DNA from: Candidatus Poribacteria bacterium
GTDB lineage: Bacteria > Poribacteria > WGA-4E > PCPOR2b
Reading direction: 5' to 3'
DNA: 64,000 nt
Assembly (NCBI GenBank): GCA_965198175.1
Contig: OZ240245.1
Location: 4,512,001-4,576,000 of the forward strand
Positions 1-9,714 of this stretch are shown here, in pieces. The notes under the pieces were generated by a model. The model searched no databases and was not told where the DNA came from. It worked only from the letters and a program-made list of their open reading frames with translations. How positions within the stretch are numbered: the first letter of the stretch is position 1; every line of letters begins with the position of its first letter. The position numbers and the translations under genes were made by a program.

Positions 1-1
1 G

Positions 2-3000
2 CGGAGCTTTCGCAGAGAGGATGGGCTTAATGACGACAGCATTCAATCAATTGTCATCGACTCAGCCGGCGATGTTTGGGTGGGCACAGGGATTTTGCTC
101 GCTAATGAACCGGGCTTCCTCCCCGGTTTGGATCGATACGATGGTGTCCAGTGGCATCCTGAAGAAGATATTTTTCAGGAAATCAGCGAAATAATCGTTG
201 TGATGTTTTCAGATTCACGAGAGCGTCTATATTTTGGCACCGTTGGCAACCTATGGGTTTACGATGGCGCAACATTGAATCGGATCAACGCGAATCTGAA
301 TGGTAACATCAATACTATCATGGAATCTACTGATGGTAACATCTGGATTGGAACGAGTGATGGCATCCTGATTTTAGATGGAGAAACATTACAACAAACG
401 TCTCGACTGACGACCGATGATGGGTTGGTGGATAATCGTGTACAGGCGTTTTACCGGGATGAGCCCGATCGAATCTGGATCGGCACAGTTGACGGCGTCA
501 GTCTATTTCAGAACAATCGATTTGCACGCTCACTCACAGCAAGCGACGGTCTAAACAGCAATAACATCTCCGTAATCACCAAATCGGTTGATGGTGCACT
601 CTGGTTTGGGAGTAAGGACAACGGCGGCATCAGCCGCTTTAATCAGGAGATGGCACCGCCAACTACTCGCATCGTCAGTGGCCCCACGAACGGCGAAATT
701 GTCGGGGAGACGAGCGTTATCTTTAAGTTTGAAGGGGGCGATCTTAGCACTCCAACTCAAGAACTTCGTTATCAATTTCAACTTGACGACAGCCTCCCAA
801 TGTTCACCGAAGAGGAAGGTGTTGAGAATCGTGTTTTTTTGTCGAGCGTGCCGGAAGGGAGACATCGATTTATCGTTCAAGCGATTGACCGCGAGGACAA
901 CATAGATCCCCTCGGTGCGCGTGCTGAATTCGTAATCGATTCGCACACTCCAACCGTTCGCATTGCAAATCCGAAGCGCGACGCAGTCATCGCTGGAGTT
1001 TATACAATTGAAGGCACTGCGACCGATGAGGATTTCTTAGATTATCAGATTCAGATTTCGGGACAATCTGTGTTCACCTCAAACCAGCCGGTGGATGGCA
1101 GTACGCTCTATAGGTGGGATACGCAAACCGTACCCGATGGCACCTACAAAATTCAACTAATCGCACGAGATACACCAAACGGCGTTTTTGACCGGCAACA
1201 TCGTGCCGAAGAGATTGTAACCATTGAGGTAGACAACACCTTGCCCCGGGCAAAAATTACGCAACCGTTACCCAACACTACAGTTCTGGGAGAAACAGGG
1301 GTTGAAATTGAGCTGACCGACGCGCACCTGATGAGGTATTGGTTAGAATACACACGTGTAGAATCGACAACTGACAACTGGAAAGAAATCACATCTGATT
1401 CAATTGTCGATAGTCAATTATCTGTTGTGAAACAGATACGATGGAATACTTCAACCGTATATGGTCATGTAATGCTTCGCGCAAGAGTTGAAGATGCAGC
1501 GGGCAACGAAGGTGTATCGAAAACTGTTCCGATCTATCTCAACAATGAGGGCGCTAAGCCAGTTGCTGAGATTCAGCAACCGGATGGAACTAATCCAATC
1601 TCAGAGGAAGTAGCCATTACGGGAACGGTCGACGTTGGCACAGCGTTAAACACACTCATTGAAAATTTCAATCTGGAATATCGTCACGCCGATGACCCTC
1701 ACGGTTGGATGCCTCTGCGTAGTGGTCGTTTTACTTTGAATAGCGAAGAGATTACACGCTGGGATACAACAGCACTTCCTGATGGCAAATATCTGTTACG
1801 TTTAACAGCAACGGATAGCAATCCTTACTCGTCTGAAATTGAGCGGAGCGTGATTTTAGATAACACGCCACCGACGGGCATCATCAGATCTCCGCAAGAT
1901 GGAGGTGTTCGAAAAGCAGAGAGTATCAACGTGATTGGCACGGCGAAGGATGAACATTTCAAAAACTTCAAGCTAGAATATTACCGAAATGATGAAACAT
2001 GGATAACCATTTTAGAATCTATTTCTCCTGTTGAATCGCTAGGACAATTGGGAACATGGCACGCTACAGGCCTAGCAGGCGATACCTATCAACTACGTCT
2101 CACTGTCGTCGATCAAGCGGGACTAGAAACGACGGCAGAAGTCAGCGTGGTGCTTGATGACTCGGATGTGATTGCGCGAATCACCTCACCCGAACAAGAT
2201 GAATTCGTCAGTGATACAGTACGAATTAAGGGTACAGCCAGCGATAAAAACTTCCATCGATATCAACTTGAATTCCGGCGTGCAAGCCAGAACGGTGCAT
2301 GGCAACAAATTCCTGGCTTGTTCAGTCCCGATCAACCCAAAGATAACGAACCACTCGGAGATTGGAATACACCCCAGCACGATGGGAGCTACGAAGTCCG
2401 TTTGACGGCTTTCGACCACTCGCGCAAAACAGGTGAGGACATCGTTGAGGACATCGTTGAGGTACATGTTGATAACCTTAAGCCAAGCGCACGAATTTCC
2501 AAAGTTCAATCGCGACGTGCGGAATCTCCAGATTCAGAGATACTATCGGGCGAGGTTGAAATCTTCGGTGTAGCATACGACGTCCATTTCAAAGATTTTC
2601 GCCTGGATTTTCGCCCTACAGATAACAGCGATGATTGGCAACTGATTCCAGTTCAGAATCCCACAACACCTCGGCAGAACACGATGCTCGCTATTTGGAG
2701 AAATACGCCCCAAATTGATGGAGATTACGAAATTCGCCTGAGCGTTCAGGATGAATCGGGTAAGTCAAATCCGGGTATTAAACGCGTCAAGATTGACAAC
2801 CAATCTCCGGACGTTGAAATCTCTCAGCCTACCAATCGGCAGTTGGTGTCGGATGCAATCGAGATTATCGGCACAGCAAGGGATAGATATTTCAAAGCGT
2901 ATCAACTAGATTTCAGAATTGTGGGTGCTGCGGGGTGGCAGCAGATTATTCATGCCACCCAGCCAAAGCAAGCAGCGGTTTTGGGAGAATGGGTACCCCC

Positions 3001-4165
3001 GACGGTGGATGGCGAGTATGAAATCCGCTTGAGCGCCTTTGATTGGTTAGGGAAATCAAGTGAGGCAATTATACAGATCATAGTTGACAGGCTCCCACCA
3101 CAAGCCGAAATCCTTTCTCCCACGGCGAATCAACAGTTGCCGAGGAAGATTGATATCCGGGGAACAGCGGTCGATCGAAATTTCAAGGGATACATTATTG
3201 AATACGGTGTCGGAACATCTCCCGATATCTGGCAACCGATTTCCAAAACAGGGTTTTTGGAGCCTGTCAACCGGGGTCTCCTAGCAGAATGGAATGTCCC
3301 CGACCTATCATCTGGTGAATATACTTTGCGGTTGCGTGTAGAAGATGACGCCGGTCATCAAACTGTCGATTATGTCAAAGTATTTTTCAGGGAGCGTGTC
3401 GAGCGTCAAAACAGCAGCATGGTGGAAAGCGAAGATAGGATTGCCAAAATTGTGTTTCCGCCCAACAGCTTGCCAGAATCGACTTACGTGACCGTTAACC
3501 CAGTTCCACTGGCGAAGGGGTCGCTCTCATCCGCCAAAGTTGAGATGCTGAGGGGTGCGGGAGTTAGAGGGGGATTAACTGAGCGAATAGCGAAGGCGAT
3601 AGTCTTCCCACGCTTCAATATCATCTACGATTTTGAACCGGAAGATTTGCAACTTCACCACCTCAAACCTGCAACAATTGAGTTCTCCATCCAAGGATAC
3701 ACACCTATCACCCGAAATGAAGCATTGACAATCTCTCGCTGGGATGGCAACAAGTGGAAGCCCATCGGTGGAACAATCAATACTCGGCAAGAGACGATTT
3801 CGACAGTTGTGTCAGCGCTTGGAAGGGTTGCCGTAACGACAGCACCTGCCGTGGAAGTGGAGGGAGACACAATCATCTCCGATTTAACCTGTCAACCACG
3901 CCTCTTTTCGCCAAACTATGACGAATCAACAGCAATCTCGTTTCGATTGAATCAGCCAAGTAATGTAACGGTTAGAATCTACAATGAGGCAGGACGGCTG
4001 CGGCGGGTACTAAGAGAATCAGAACCACTTTCAACGGGACGGCATGTTTTTTGGTGGGATGGGCGTGATGATGATAAACGGCGGGTTGTCAGCAATTTTT
4101 ACATTGTCACGGTTGAAGCTGAAGGAGCGCTAGAACGAAAAATCGTTATCGTACAGAATAATTAG
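2..4165 (+). CDS. Large secreted/surface protein (5'-truncated by window edge): two-component-regulator-type beta-propeller repeats, Y_Y_Y-like domain, ~8 tandem Ig-like (Big) repeats, C-terminal FlgD-Ig/T9SS-like sorting domain
   Basis: Frame is open from position 2 (RSFRREDGLNDDSIQSIVIDSAGDVWVGT). Repeated 'DGL..N.I..I..D..G.IW.GT' blades; eight ~100-aa 'P.A.I..P...I.GTA.D..F..Y.LEY...W...G.Y.LRL.A.D..G' modules; tail 'PRLFSPN...VTVRIYNEAGRLRR...WWDGRDD'. Confidence 0.85.
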   Translation, partial: RSFRREDGLNDDSIQSIVIDSAGDVWVGTGILLANEPGFLPGLDRYDGVQWHPEEDIFQEISEIIVVMFSDSRERLYFGTVGNLWVYDGATLNRINANLNGNINTIMESTDGNIWIGTSDGILILDGETLQQTSRLTTDDGLVDNRVQAFYRDEPDRIWIGTVDGVSLFQNNRFARSLTASDGLNSNNISVITKSVDGALWFGSKDNGGISRFNQEMAPPTTRIVSGPTNGEIVGETSVIFKFEGGDLSTPTQELRYQFQLDDSLPMFTEEEGVENRVFLSSVPEGRHRFIVQAIDREDNIDPLGARAEFVIDSHTPTVRIANPKRDAVIAGVYTIEGTATDEDFLDYQIQISGQSVFTSNQPVDGSTLYRWDTQTVPDGTYKIQLIARDTPNGVFDRQHRAEEIVTIEVDNTLPRAKITQPLPNTTVLGETGVEIELTDAHLMRYWLEYTRVESTTDNWKEITSDSIVDSQLSVVKQIRWNTSTVYGHVMLRARVEDAAGNEGVSKTVPIYLNNEGAKPVAEIQQPDGTNPISEEVAITGTVDVGTALNTLIENFNLEYRHADDPHGWMPLRSGRFTLNSEEITRWDTTALPDGKYLLRLTATDSNPYSSEIERSVILDNTPPTGIIRSPQDGGVRKAESINVIGTAKDEHFKNFKLEYYRNDETWITILESISPVESLGQLGTWHATGLAGDTYQLRLTVVDQAGLETTAEVSVVLDDSDVIARITSPEQDEFVSDTVRIKGTASDKNFHRYQLEFRRASQNGAWQQIPGLFSPDQPKDNEPLGDWNTPQHDGSYEVRLTAFDHSRKTGEDIVEDIVEVHVDNLKPSARISKVQSRRAESPDSEILSGEVEIFGVAYDVHFKDFRLDFRPTDNSDDWQLIPVQNPTTPRQNTMLAIWRNTPQIDGDYEIRLSVQDESGKSNPGIKRVKIDNQSPDVEISQPTNRQLVSDAIEIIGTARDRYFKAYQLDFRIVGAAGWQQIIHATQPKQAAVLGEWVPPTVDGEYEIRLSAFDWLGKSSEAIIQIIVDRLPPQAEILSPTANQQLPRKIDIRGTAVDRNFKGYIIEYGVGTSPDIWQPISKTGFLEPVNRGLLAEWNVPDLSSGEYTLRLRVEDDAGHQTVDYVKVFFRERVERQNSSMVESEDRIAKIVFPPNSLPESTYVTVNPVPLAKGSLSSAKVEMLRGAGVRGGLTERIAKAIVFPRFNIIYDFEPEDLQLHHLKPATIEFSIQGYTPITRNEALTISRWDGNKWKPIGGTINTRQETISTVVSALGRVAVTTAPAVEVEGDTIISDLTCQPRLFSPNYDESTAISFRLNQPSNVTVRIYNEAGRLRRVLRESEPLSTGRHVFWWDGRDDDKRRVVSNFYIVTVEAEGALERKIVIVQNN
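2434..2462 (+). repeat. In-frame 12-bp tandem duplication (GAGGACATCGTT x2, encodes EDIV-EDIV)
   Basis: Seen directly: gaggacatcgtt gaggacatcgtt gagg. Confidence 0.85.
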
Positions 4166-4207
4166 TGAGTGATATTCCCCTCAATGATATGGACTATCAA
4201 AACAGTC

Positions 4208-4236
4208 TTGACAAAACCGAGTACACTTCGCATAAT
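4208..4236 (+). promoter_or_regulatory. Putative sigma70 promoter TTGACA-N17-CATAAT, ending 7 nt before ATG 4244
   Basis: TTGACA at 4208-4213, 17-nt spacer, CATAAT at 4231-4236. Confidence 0.6.
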
Positions 4237-4243
4237 ATTCACA

Positions 4244-6325
4244 ATGCGATGCTGTCTTTTTATATTTTTCATGTTCTCGGCGGCGACTGCAATTTACGCC
4301 CTCGAAGAAAGAGCGTCGACCGGCGCTCGTGCTATTGGCATAGGAGAAGCGTTTATCGGCGTCGCAGACGATGAAAACAGCATACGCAGAAACCCTGCCG
4401 GACTTGTCCGTTTGCACAGATACGCCGTTGGATTTGAACAGACGCCATCGAAGTTGTTCGGTGTGTTAGAAACCAACTGTCTCAGCGCGGTTTTGCCGGC
4501 GTCAGAAAAAATTGCGTTGGGTATTGATTGGACCCAAGTCGGGCTTGTAGATGAAGAACTCGACGCGAGGCGCAACAGTTTCAACTTCTCTTATAGCTAC
4601 TCTCCTTTGTCCCTTCTGTCGCTTGGCGTAAACCTGAAATACCTGACATGGGGCATTACGCTAGATGAGAAATCTGAGGGCAACGCCACCGGTTGGGGAA
4701 CGGATGTTGGCGTGCTTCTCCAACCAAACCGCCGTTGGACCCTTGGATTCTTGGTGCAGGATTTTGTCGGTTTCGGATCCGGACAAGGCTTGAGTCATGA
4801 CACATGGATTCGTCACGACACTGGCGTGAGCGAAAAGGTCTTTCCGACAACGTATAAACTGGGAGTCGCTTATCGTCCTATTTCCAATTTGCTCATCGCC
4901 GCGGATATGACGGATCGGTTCCATTTAGGTGCAGAGTTTCTGCCAAATCCCAATTTCGCTATCCGCGCCGGAATCCAAAAAGATTTGGCAACGTCTGAAT
5001 CACGGAGTTATTCGTTGGGTGGACGCGTAACATATCGATGGCTGGATTTCAACGTTGCTTATCTCATCCCCCCAACGTTGCCACCAACAGCTTATGTTGG
5101 CCTTTCGCTCAACTTTGATTTTCGACGGTTGCCGGTGCTTATTGAGCAAGTTCGTATAAGAGATCTCTATCCGGTCCATTATAACTACTACGCTTCGCCA
5201 AATCGAGGGGTTGAAGCGATTGTCTTAGATGAGCTTGCCACACCGCCTGTGTTTACTGATGCTGATCGAGATCGCCACTATCCACTGATGCCGCTAGATT
5301 CGATCGGCAGGATTTGGCTAAAAAATGAGAGCAACAAACCGGTGACTGTCAGGATCGAATTGTTCATTGAACAGTTTGTCGGAGAAGACGGCACGGTAGT
5401 TGCAACTGATATCGAATTGCAACCGTTGAAGCGGGTTTCAGTGCCGTTGCGTCAGCTAGTTTTATCGCGGGAAGCGCTCGCATTATCTCAGGCACGACCT
5501 GTCGAAGCACGGATTAAAGTCATCGAGAGCGGTGGAAGAGCCTACCGGACTGGCACTGTCACTTTAAAGTTACACGGCAACCATACAACTCGGCTGGATG
5601 ACGTCGCAAAACTCGGATCCTTTATCTCCTCCGAGGATGCGGCTATTCACGATTTTAAAAACCATATTCTTACTGAATTTAAGGACAAGGTTGAATCAAA
5701 GCGGCTACCGCCCAACTTGTATACTGCTATGCTACTGTTTAATGCATTGCATGGCATCTCTTATGCAACCGATCCAAATATACCGGGAGATAGCGGGACC
5801 ATAGACGAGATCAAATATCCCTACGAGATGCTTGAACGTCTCATGGGGCAAATCGGTGGGGATGACGACGTACACACTTTCGGAGATTGCGACGATAGCA
5901 CGGCGCTGTATTGCTCTTTACTCGAATCGGCTGGGATTCGGACAGCACTCATCCAGCTTCCGAACCATGTGATGATGGCGTTCGATCTGGGGCAAGTTTC
6001 CCTCGATCAGGCGGAAGCGATGAACTTGCCTGATACCTACTACCAATCCATCAACGGGCAGGTTTGGATTCCCATTGAGACAACACTCATCAAAGACGGA
6101 TTTGTTGCAGCATGGCAAACGGCAATTGAAGAAATTCGTGCGACGCGGGTTATAGATTCGACCACCGTTGAAGACGCATGGGAGAAATATGGAGCGAGTT
6201 CTCTGCGAGGAACGGAAAGACGATTTTCTGTCCCGGAAAATCGGATTAGAAAGCGAATTGACGCGGATTTAACCCATCCGTGGTTACAGGATTTTTTGGA
6301 ATACTTCTCTAACGTGTTACCATAG
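4244..6325 (+). CDS. PorV/PorP-SprF-like outer-membrane beta-barrel protein fused to a C-terminal transglutaminase-like (Cys-His-acid) domain
   Basis: Signal peptide from ATG 4244; 'GARAIGIGEAFIGVADDENSIRRNPAGL' is a PorV/FadL-type N-terminal motif, followed by alternating beta strands; C-terminal 'GDCDD.TALYCSLLESAGI...PNHVMMAF...WIPIETT'. ORF track starts at GTG 4169. Confidence 0.7.
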   Translation: MRCCLFIFFMFSAATAIYALEERASTGARAIGIGEAFIGVADDENSIRRNPAGLVRLHRYAVGFEQTPSKLFGVLETNCLSAVLPASEKIALGIDWTQVGLVDEELDARRNSFNFSYSYSPLSLLSLGVNLKYLTWGITLDEKSEGNATGWGTDVGVLLQPNRRWTLGFLVQDFVGFGSGQGLSHDTWIRHDTGVSEKVFPTTYKLGVAYRPISNLLIAADMTDRFHLGAEFLPNPNFAIRAGIQKDLATSESRSYSLGGRVTYRWLDFNVAYLIPPTLPPTAYVGLSLNFDFRRLPVLIEQVRIRDLYPVHYNYYASPNRGVEAIVLDELATPPVFTDADRDRHYPLMPLDSIGRIWLKNESNKPVTVRIELFIEQFVGEDGTVVATDIELQPLKRVSVPLRQLVLSREALALSQARPVEARIKVIESGGRAYRTGTVTLKLHGNHTTRLDDVAKLGSFISSEDAAIHDFKNHILTEFKDKVESKRLPPNLYTAMLLFNALHGISYATDPNIPGDSGTIDEIKYPYEMLERLMGQIGGDDDVHTFGDCDDSTALYCSLLESAGIRTALIQLPNHVMMAFDLGQVSLDQAEAMNLPDTYYQSINGQVWIPIETTLIKDGFVAAWQTAIEEIRATRVIDSTTVEDAWEKYGASSLRGTERRFSVPENRIRKRIDADLTHPWLQDFLEYFSNVLP

Positions 6326-6485
6326 AATACTATCGGTTGTTATTAGCCACAGAGCGGCGCAATAACGCAATGTGCGGCACTTTACTTCTATAAAACTGTC
6401 AATTCCCCAGCCAAGTTGAGGGCAAACGCTGATTCCAATATGGCGTTACGTTAACTACGCACTTTATTTCCAAAGGAGGACAACT

Positions 6486-7385
6486 ATGAAGCGCAAATAC
6501 CAAATCCTACTCATAATATGCTGCCTGTGCGTGATTTTGGTAAATCCCGATACGCAGGCAAAAGATACGGTTACCACCACATTTACCTTCGGTAAGATTG
6601 AGGTGCTTAAAACCGGCGAACGGGAATGGGCTTTCTTGGAAAAAGGCACGGTCTTGAATGATAATGACCTAGTCCGTATGCCGCCGTTCTCGTTAATTCG
6701 GCTAAGGGACGCACACGAGATTCTCTTGCCAACGCTTCCAGGAGGACGCGAGTTGCCCATCAGCAAGTTAATCAATGAAGGGCGTCAACGCAGAAAGGAA
6801 TCCAAGGGGAGGCGTATCAGTGCGCCGTTTGACAGTAGCCCTGCAATTGATGTGCTGCCACTTGGTAACAAACCAAAAGGGGATAATCTCTTCAAGACAC
6901 CTGCTCCATCTCAACCAACTCCACTGATGCGAAGCGAACTAGAAGCGCTGCGTCGCCAACTCGATTCACTTCCCGATGAAATCGCATCTCTCATTTCTCG
7001 AAGCCTTCTGCAGGATAATCGTGCGAAGGAGGATTCGTACCCTAGCACTAATCTGTCTCATGCACTTACCCTTTATTACAACACCCTCGGAGATATTGAG
7101 ACGAGAACTACAATCACTTCAAATCGTTCCCTGTTGTATGCCCAACTGCTTCGTTGGATTGAGATTGATGCGGACCTCATAGTGAACAGTAAGGGCGAAC
7201 TTTTTGTTATTTTTGATAGCGGTGTTCCCATCGAAGGGAGCAAACAGATTGCTGCCAATCAGCAACTCATCCACAGAAAACCGGGGGCTGATACCGTTTG
7301 GATTTCCATTCAGATTCCGCCTATTCGACAAAATTTCACAACCGCATGGTATACAGCAGGCCGGAAACTAGAGAGCGCACAATAG
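6486..7385 (+). CDS. Exported FecR-like N-terminal domain protein with a degenerate transglutaminase-like C-terminal domain
   Basis: AAAGGAGG RBS; signal peptide; 'GKIEVLKTGEREW..LEKG.VL..ND.VR' is a FecR-like start; C-terminus aligns by eye with the upstream transglutaminase-like domain. Confidence 0.55.
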   Translation: MKRKYQILLIICCLCVILVNPDTQAKDTVTTTFTFGKIEVLKTGEREWAFLEKGTVLNDNDLVRMPPFSLIRLRDAHEILLPTLPGGRELPISKLINEGRQRRKESKGRRISAPFDSSPAIDVLPLGNKPKGDNLFKTPAPSQPTPLMRSELEALRRQLDSLPDEIASLISRSLLQDNRAKEDSYPSTNLSHALTLYYNTLGDIETRTTITSNRSLLYAQLLRWIEIDADLIVNSKGELFVIFDSGVPIEGSKQIAANQQLIHRKPGADTVWISIQIPPIRQNFTTAWYTAGRKLESAQ

Positions 7386-7487
7386 AATCAAGCAAGCATT
7401 TCATTGGTATGGCTGTGCTAGGAAGAGTAGATACGCTTTGTCTGTTTGGAGGTTCAGTTCGCGGCGAAGTTATTTGTCTCGCTTACT

Positions 7488-7565
7488 GTGGAGCGCCCGT
7501 TCTTCCTCGCCATCCGTGATGATAGGACAAGAACGGTGCTGTTCATGGGGGTTGTCATCGATCCG
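7488..7565 (+). pseudogene. Serpin C-terminal fragment
   Basis: Translates VERPFFLAIRDDRTRTVLFMGVVIDP, the serpin C-terminal signature; no serpin body upstream. Confidence 0.7.
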
Positions 7566-7633
7566 ATAAATAGGTTGCCTATTCGTTACTTCCCTTCTTA
7601 CCGTTTCGCGTCTTCCGCAATACGCATCATGTT

Positions 7634-9607
7634 ATGTCCTTCAAATGGGTCCGTGTTCAGAAAGCATATTTGCTCATCGCATTCGTGAGCCTACTACCAT
7701 TCTTGGTGATGGGACTTTCGCGGGAGTTTGGACTGTTCGAGTTTATCGAATTACAAACACTAGATGGACGGTTACGCTTGCCATCTGCACATTCGCGGCA
7801 AATATCTCCCCAGATTTCGCTAATTCGGATTGATGCCCAAAGCGAAGAGATCCTCCAGCCGCTGCCTTGGCCCCATCACATTTATGCTTCGATGCTGAAC
7901 GCACTTCAAGAAGCGAATCCAAGAGCAATTGGCTTAATCACCTGGTTCAACCGCGAATGGGAGGAACAACATCGCCTCCCCGGTGAAAAGCTGTTTGTCA
8001 TCCAACCCTATTCTTCGGTAAACAACGCCGGAAATCGACATGCTTTTCCGGAAGTCACCAATTGGTACCATTTACCTCGCAACTTGGAACAAGCACAAGG
8101 CTCTAGTTTTAGCGAGTTTTCCTTGAACCGTTCCGATGGCATCTATCGTTCAGCCCAACTTGTTGTTAAGCACAGCGCGGAAGAGGACTACCGCTACTCG
8201 ATCGAAATGTTAATCCTGTGTCAAATCTATGGCGTTCCTGCTACATCAATCAAGGTCCAAGAAGAATTCTGGAGGGGAAAATTTCTAGAATTGACTCTGC
8301 CGTCCGTCGAACCGCTCCGCATCCCTATTGATTTGCAGGGCAGGCTTTTCATTCGATTTGTCGGGGGCACTTCTGCATTTCAATACACCTCCTTCGTCAA
8401 TGCATTTGAGCAATCTGAGGAAGATACGCCAAAATTCAGGCGAAAATTCGAAGGAAAATCTGTCCTAATTGGCATCACAACAGCGAGTGCCCTACAGGCT
8501 TCGACGCCATTCGGCAAAATGTCTGCGCTCGCTCTGCGCGCTAATTTGCTTAACACCCTACTAAATCAAGATTTCATCTGGCGGTTGAGTGGAAAGGCAA
8601 ATCTTCTCTATCTCACCTGTCTCGCAATCGTTTCCACCATTGCCGCAATCCTTATCTGCCGAACTGGGCACGGCTACAGATCGATGCTACTCATCGCAGG
8701 CGGATTGCTTATCCTCCATCTTCTATTTGTTTTCGCAATGTTTGTGCTGTTCAACATTTGGATTGAGTTAACTGCCTCTAGCCTTGCCCTTATCCTGTGC
8801 GGTGTAGCGAGTAGCCTATTCCTAGCGCATTTTCGACTTCGGCAGCTTTTCTCGCAGTTACAAACAACGCGACAAGAACTTGTCAGAGCCGAAAAAGAGG
8901 CGGTTTTTGGGGTGATGTCCGCACGGGTACGGCATGAACTGCGAAATGCTCTCAACCTGGTGCGCGCACCTGCAGAGATGATTCGAAATAATTTCCAAAA
9001 ACAAGATCCATTGAATCTACGGGAGCATCCTGAAGAAATCATCGGCGAAATGGATGGCATCATTGGCTGGGTTACAAAACTGGACGAAATGATCGAAAAT
9101 GAACTCAGCTTTTTTCAAAACACCCAGCTTAATCTTCAACAGCAAGCATTCGAGCCGATTCTGAGATTTGCGCTGGAGATGGTGGAACCATTGATTGCTG
9201 AAAAGCAGATTAAAGTTCAGTTGAATTTTCCAAGCGAAACACCGAAGCTTTCCGTTGACGCTGACAAAATGCGAATAGTTTTTGCGAACTTGATAAAAAA
9301 CGCTTGTCAGGCTATGACTAAGGGCGGCGAATTAGAAATTGCTATAGAGACACTACATTTAACATCCCCACAAACCGTAACTACTGTCGTCATCAGGGAT
9401 ACAGGGGCTGGCATCCCTGTAGATGAGCTCGATCGGATTTTTGAGCCCTTTCACACGACAAAACCGCGTGGATTGGGACTCGGCTTAGTTAATGTTAAGA
9501 ATATCGTCGAGGGACATGGCGGAGAGGTATGTGTAGAGAGCGTAGTCGGCGTCGGAACGACATTTTTCATCCAACTTCCTGCGAATCAAAAAAAGGAGAA
9601 AACGTAA
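7634..9607 (+). CDS. CHASE2-domain sensor histidine kinase
   Basis: TM + 'ELQTLD.RL...ISLIRIDAQS...PWPH' CHASE2; three TM helices; H-box 'RHELRNAL'; N/G boxes 'NLIKNACQA', 'DTGAGIP', 'FEPFHTTK..GLGLGL'. Confidence 0.92.
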   Translation: MSFKWVRVQKAYLLIAFVSLLPFLVMGLSREFGLFEFIELQTLDGRLRLPSAHSRQISPQISLIRIDAQSEEILQPLPWPHHIYASMLNALQEANPRAIGLITWFNREWEEQHRLPGEKLFVIQPYSSVNNAGNRHAFPEVTNWYHLPRNLEQAQGSSFSEFSLNRSDGIYRSAQLVVKHSAEEDYRYSIEMLILCQIYGVPATSIKVQEEFWRGKFLELTLPSVEPLRIPIDLQGRLFIRFVGGTSAFQYTSFVNAFEQSEEDTPKFRRKFEGKSVLIGITTASALQASTPFGKMSALALRANLLNTLLNQDFIWRLSGKANLLYLTCLAIVSTIAAILICRTGHGYRSMLLIAGGLLILHLLFVFAMFVLFNIWIELTASSLALILCGVASSLFLAHFRLRQLFSQLQTTRQELVRAEKEAVFGVMSARVRHELRNALNLVRAPAEMIRNNFQKQDPLNLREHPEEIIGEMDGIIGWVTKLDEMIENELSFFQNTQLNLQQQAFEPILRFALEMVEPLIAEKQIKVQLNFPSETPKLSVDADKMRIVFANLIKNACQAMTKGGELEIAIETLHLTSPQTVTTVVIRDTGAGIPVDELDRIFEPFHTTKPRGLGLGLVNVKNIVEGHGGEVCVESVVGVGTTFFIQLPANQKKEKT

Positions 9608-9635
9608 AGATAGGCAGATAAGTCAATGGGGACAT

Positions 9636-9693
9636 GAGTTCAAAGGTTCATTGAGGTCTGCTTGAGCCTTTTGAGCTTTGAACCCTTGAACTC
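9636..9693. repeat. Intergenic inverted repeat built of short 7-8-nt tandem units
   Basis: GAGTTCAAAGGTTCA (9636-9650) pairs with TGAACCCTTGAACTC (9679-9693), 1 mismatch; TTGA(G/A)C units repeated between them. Confidence 0.55.
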
Positions 9694-9714
9694 GCGCTTC
9701 GCGTTTAACGTTCC

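Noticed and set aside
940..3400. Ig repeats as a DNA-level repeat array or diversity-generating retroelement target
   Set aside because: Repeats are evident only at protein level; no reverse transcriptase or TR/VR pair seen
7446..7688. 80-aa ORF as a real gene
   Set aside because: Only the central ~26 codons are serpin-like; the remainder overlaps the kinase start
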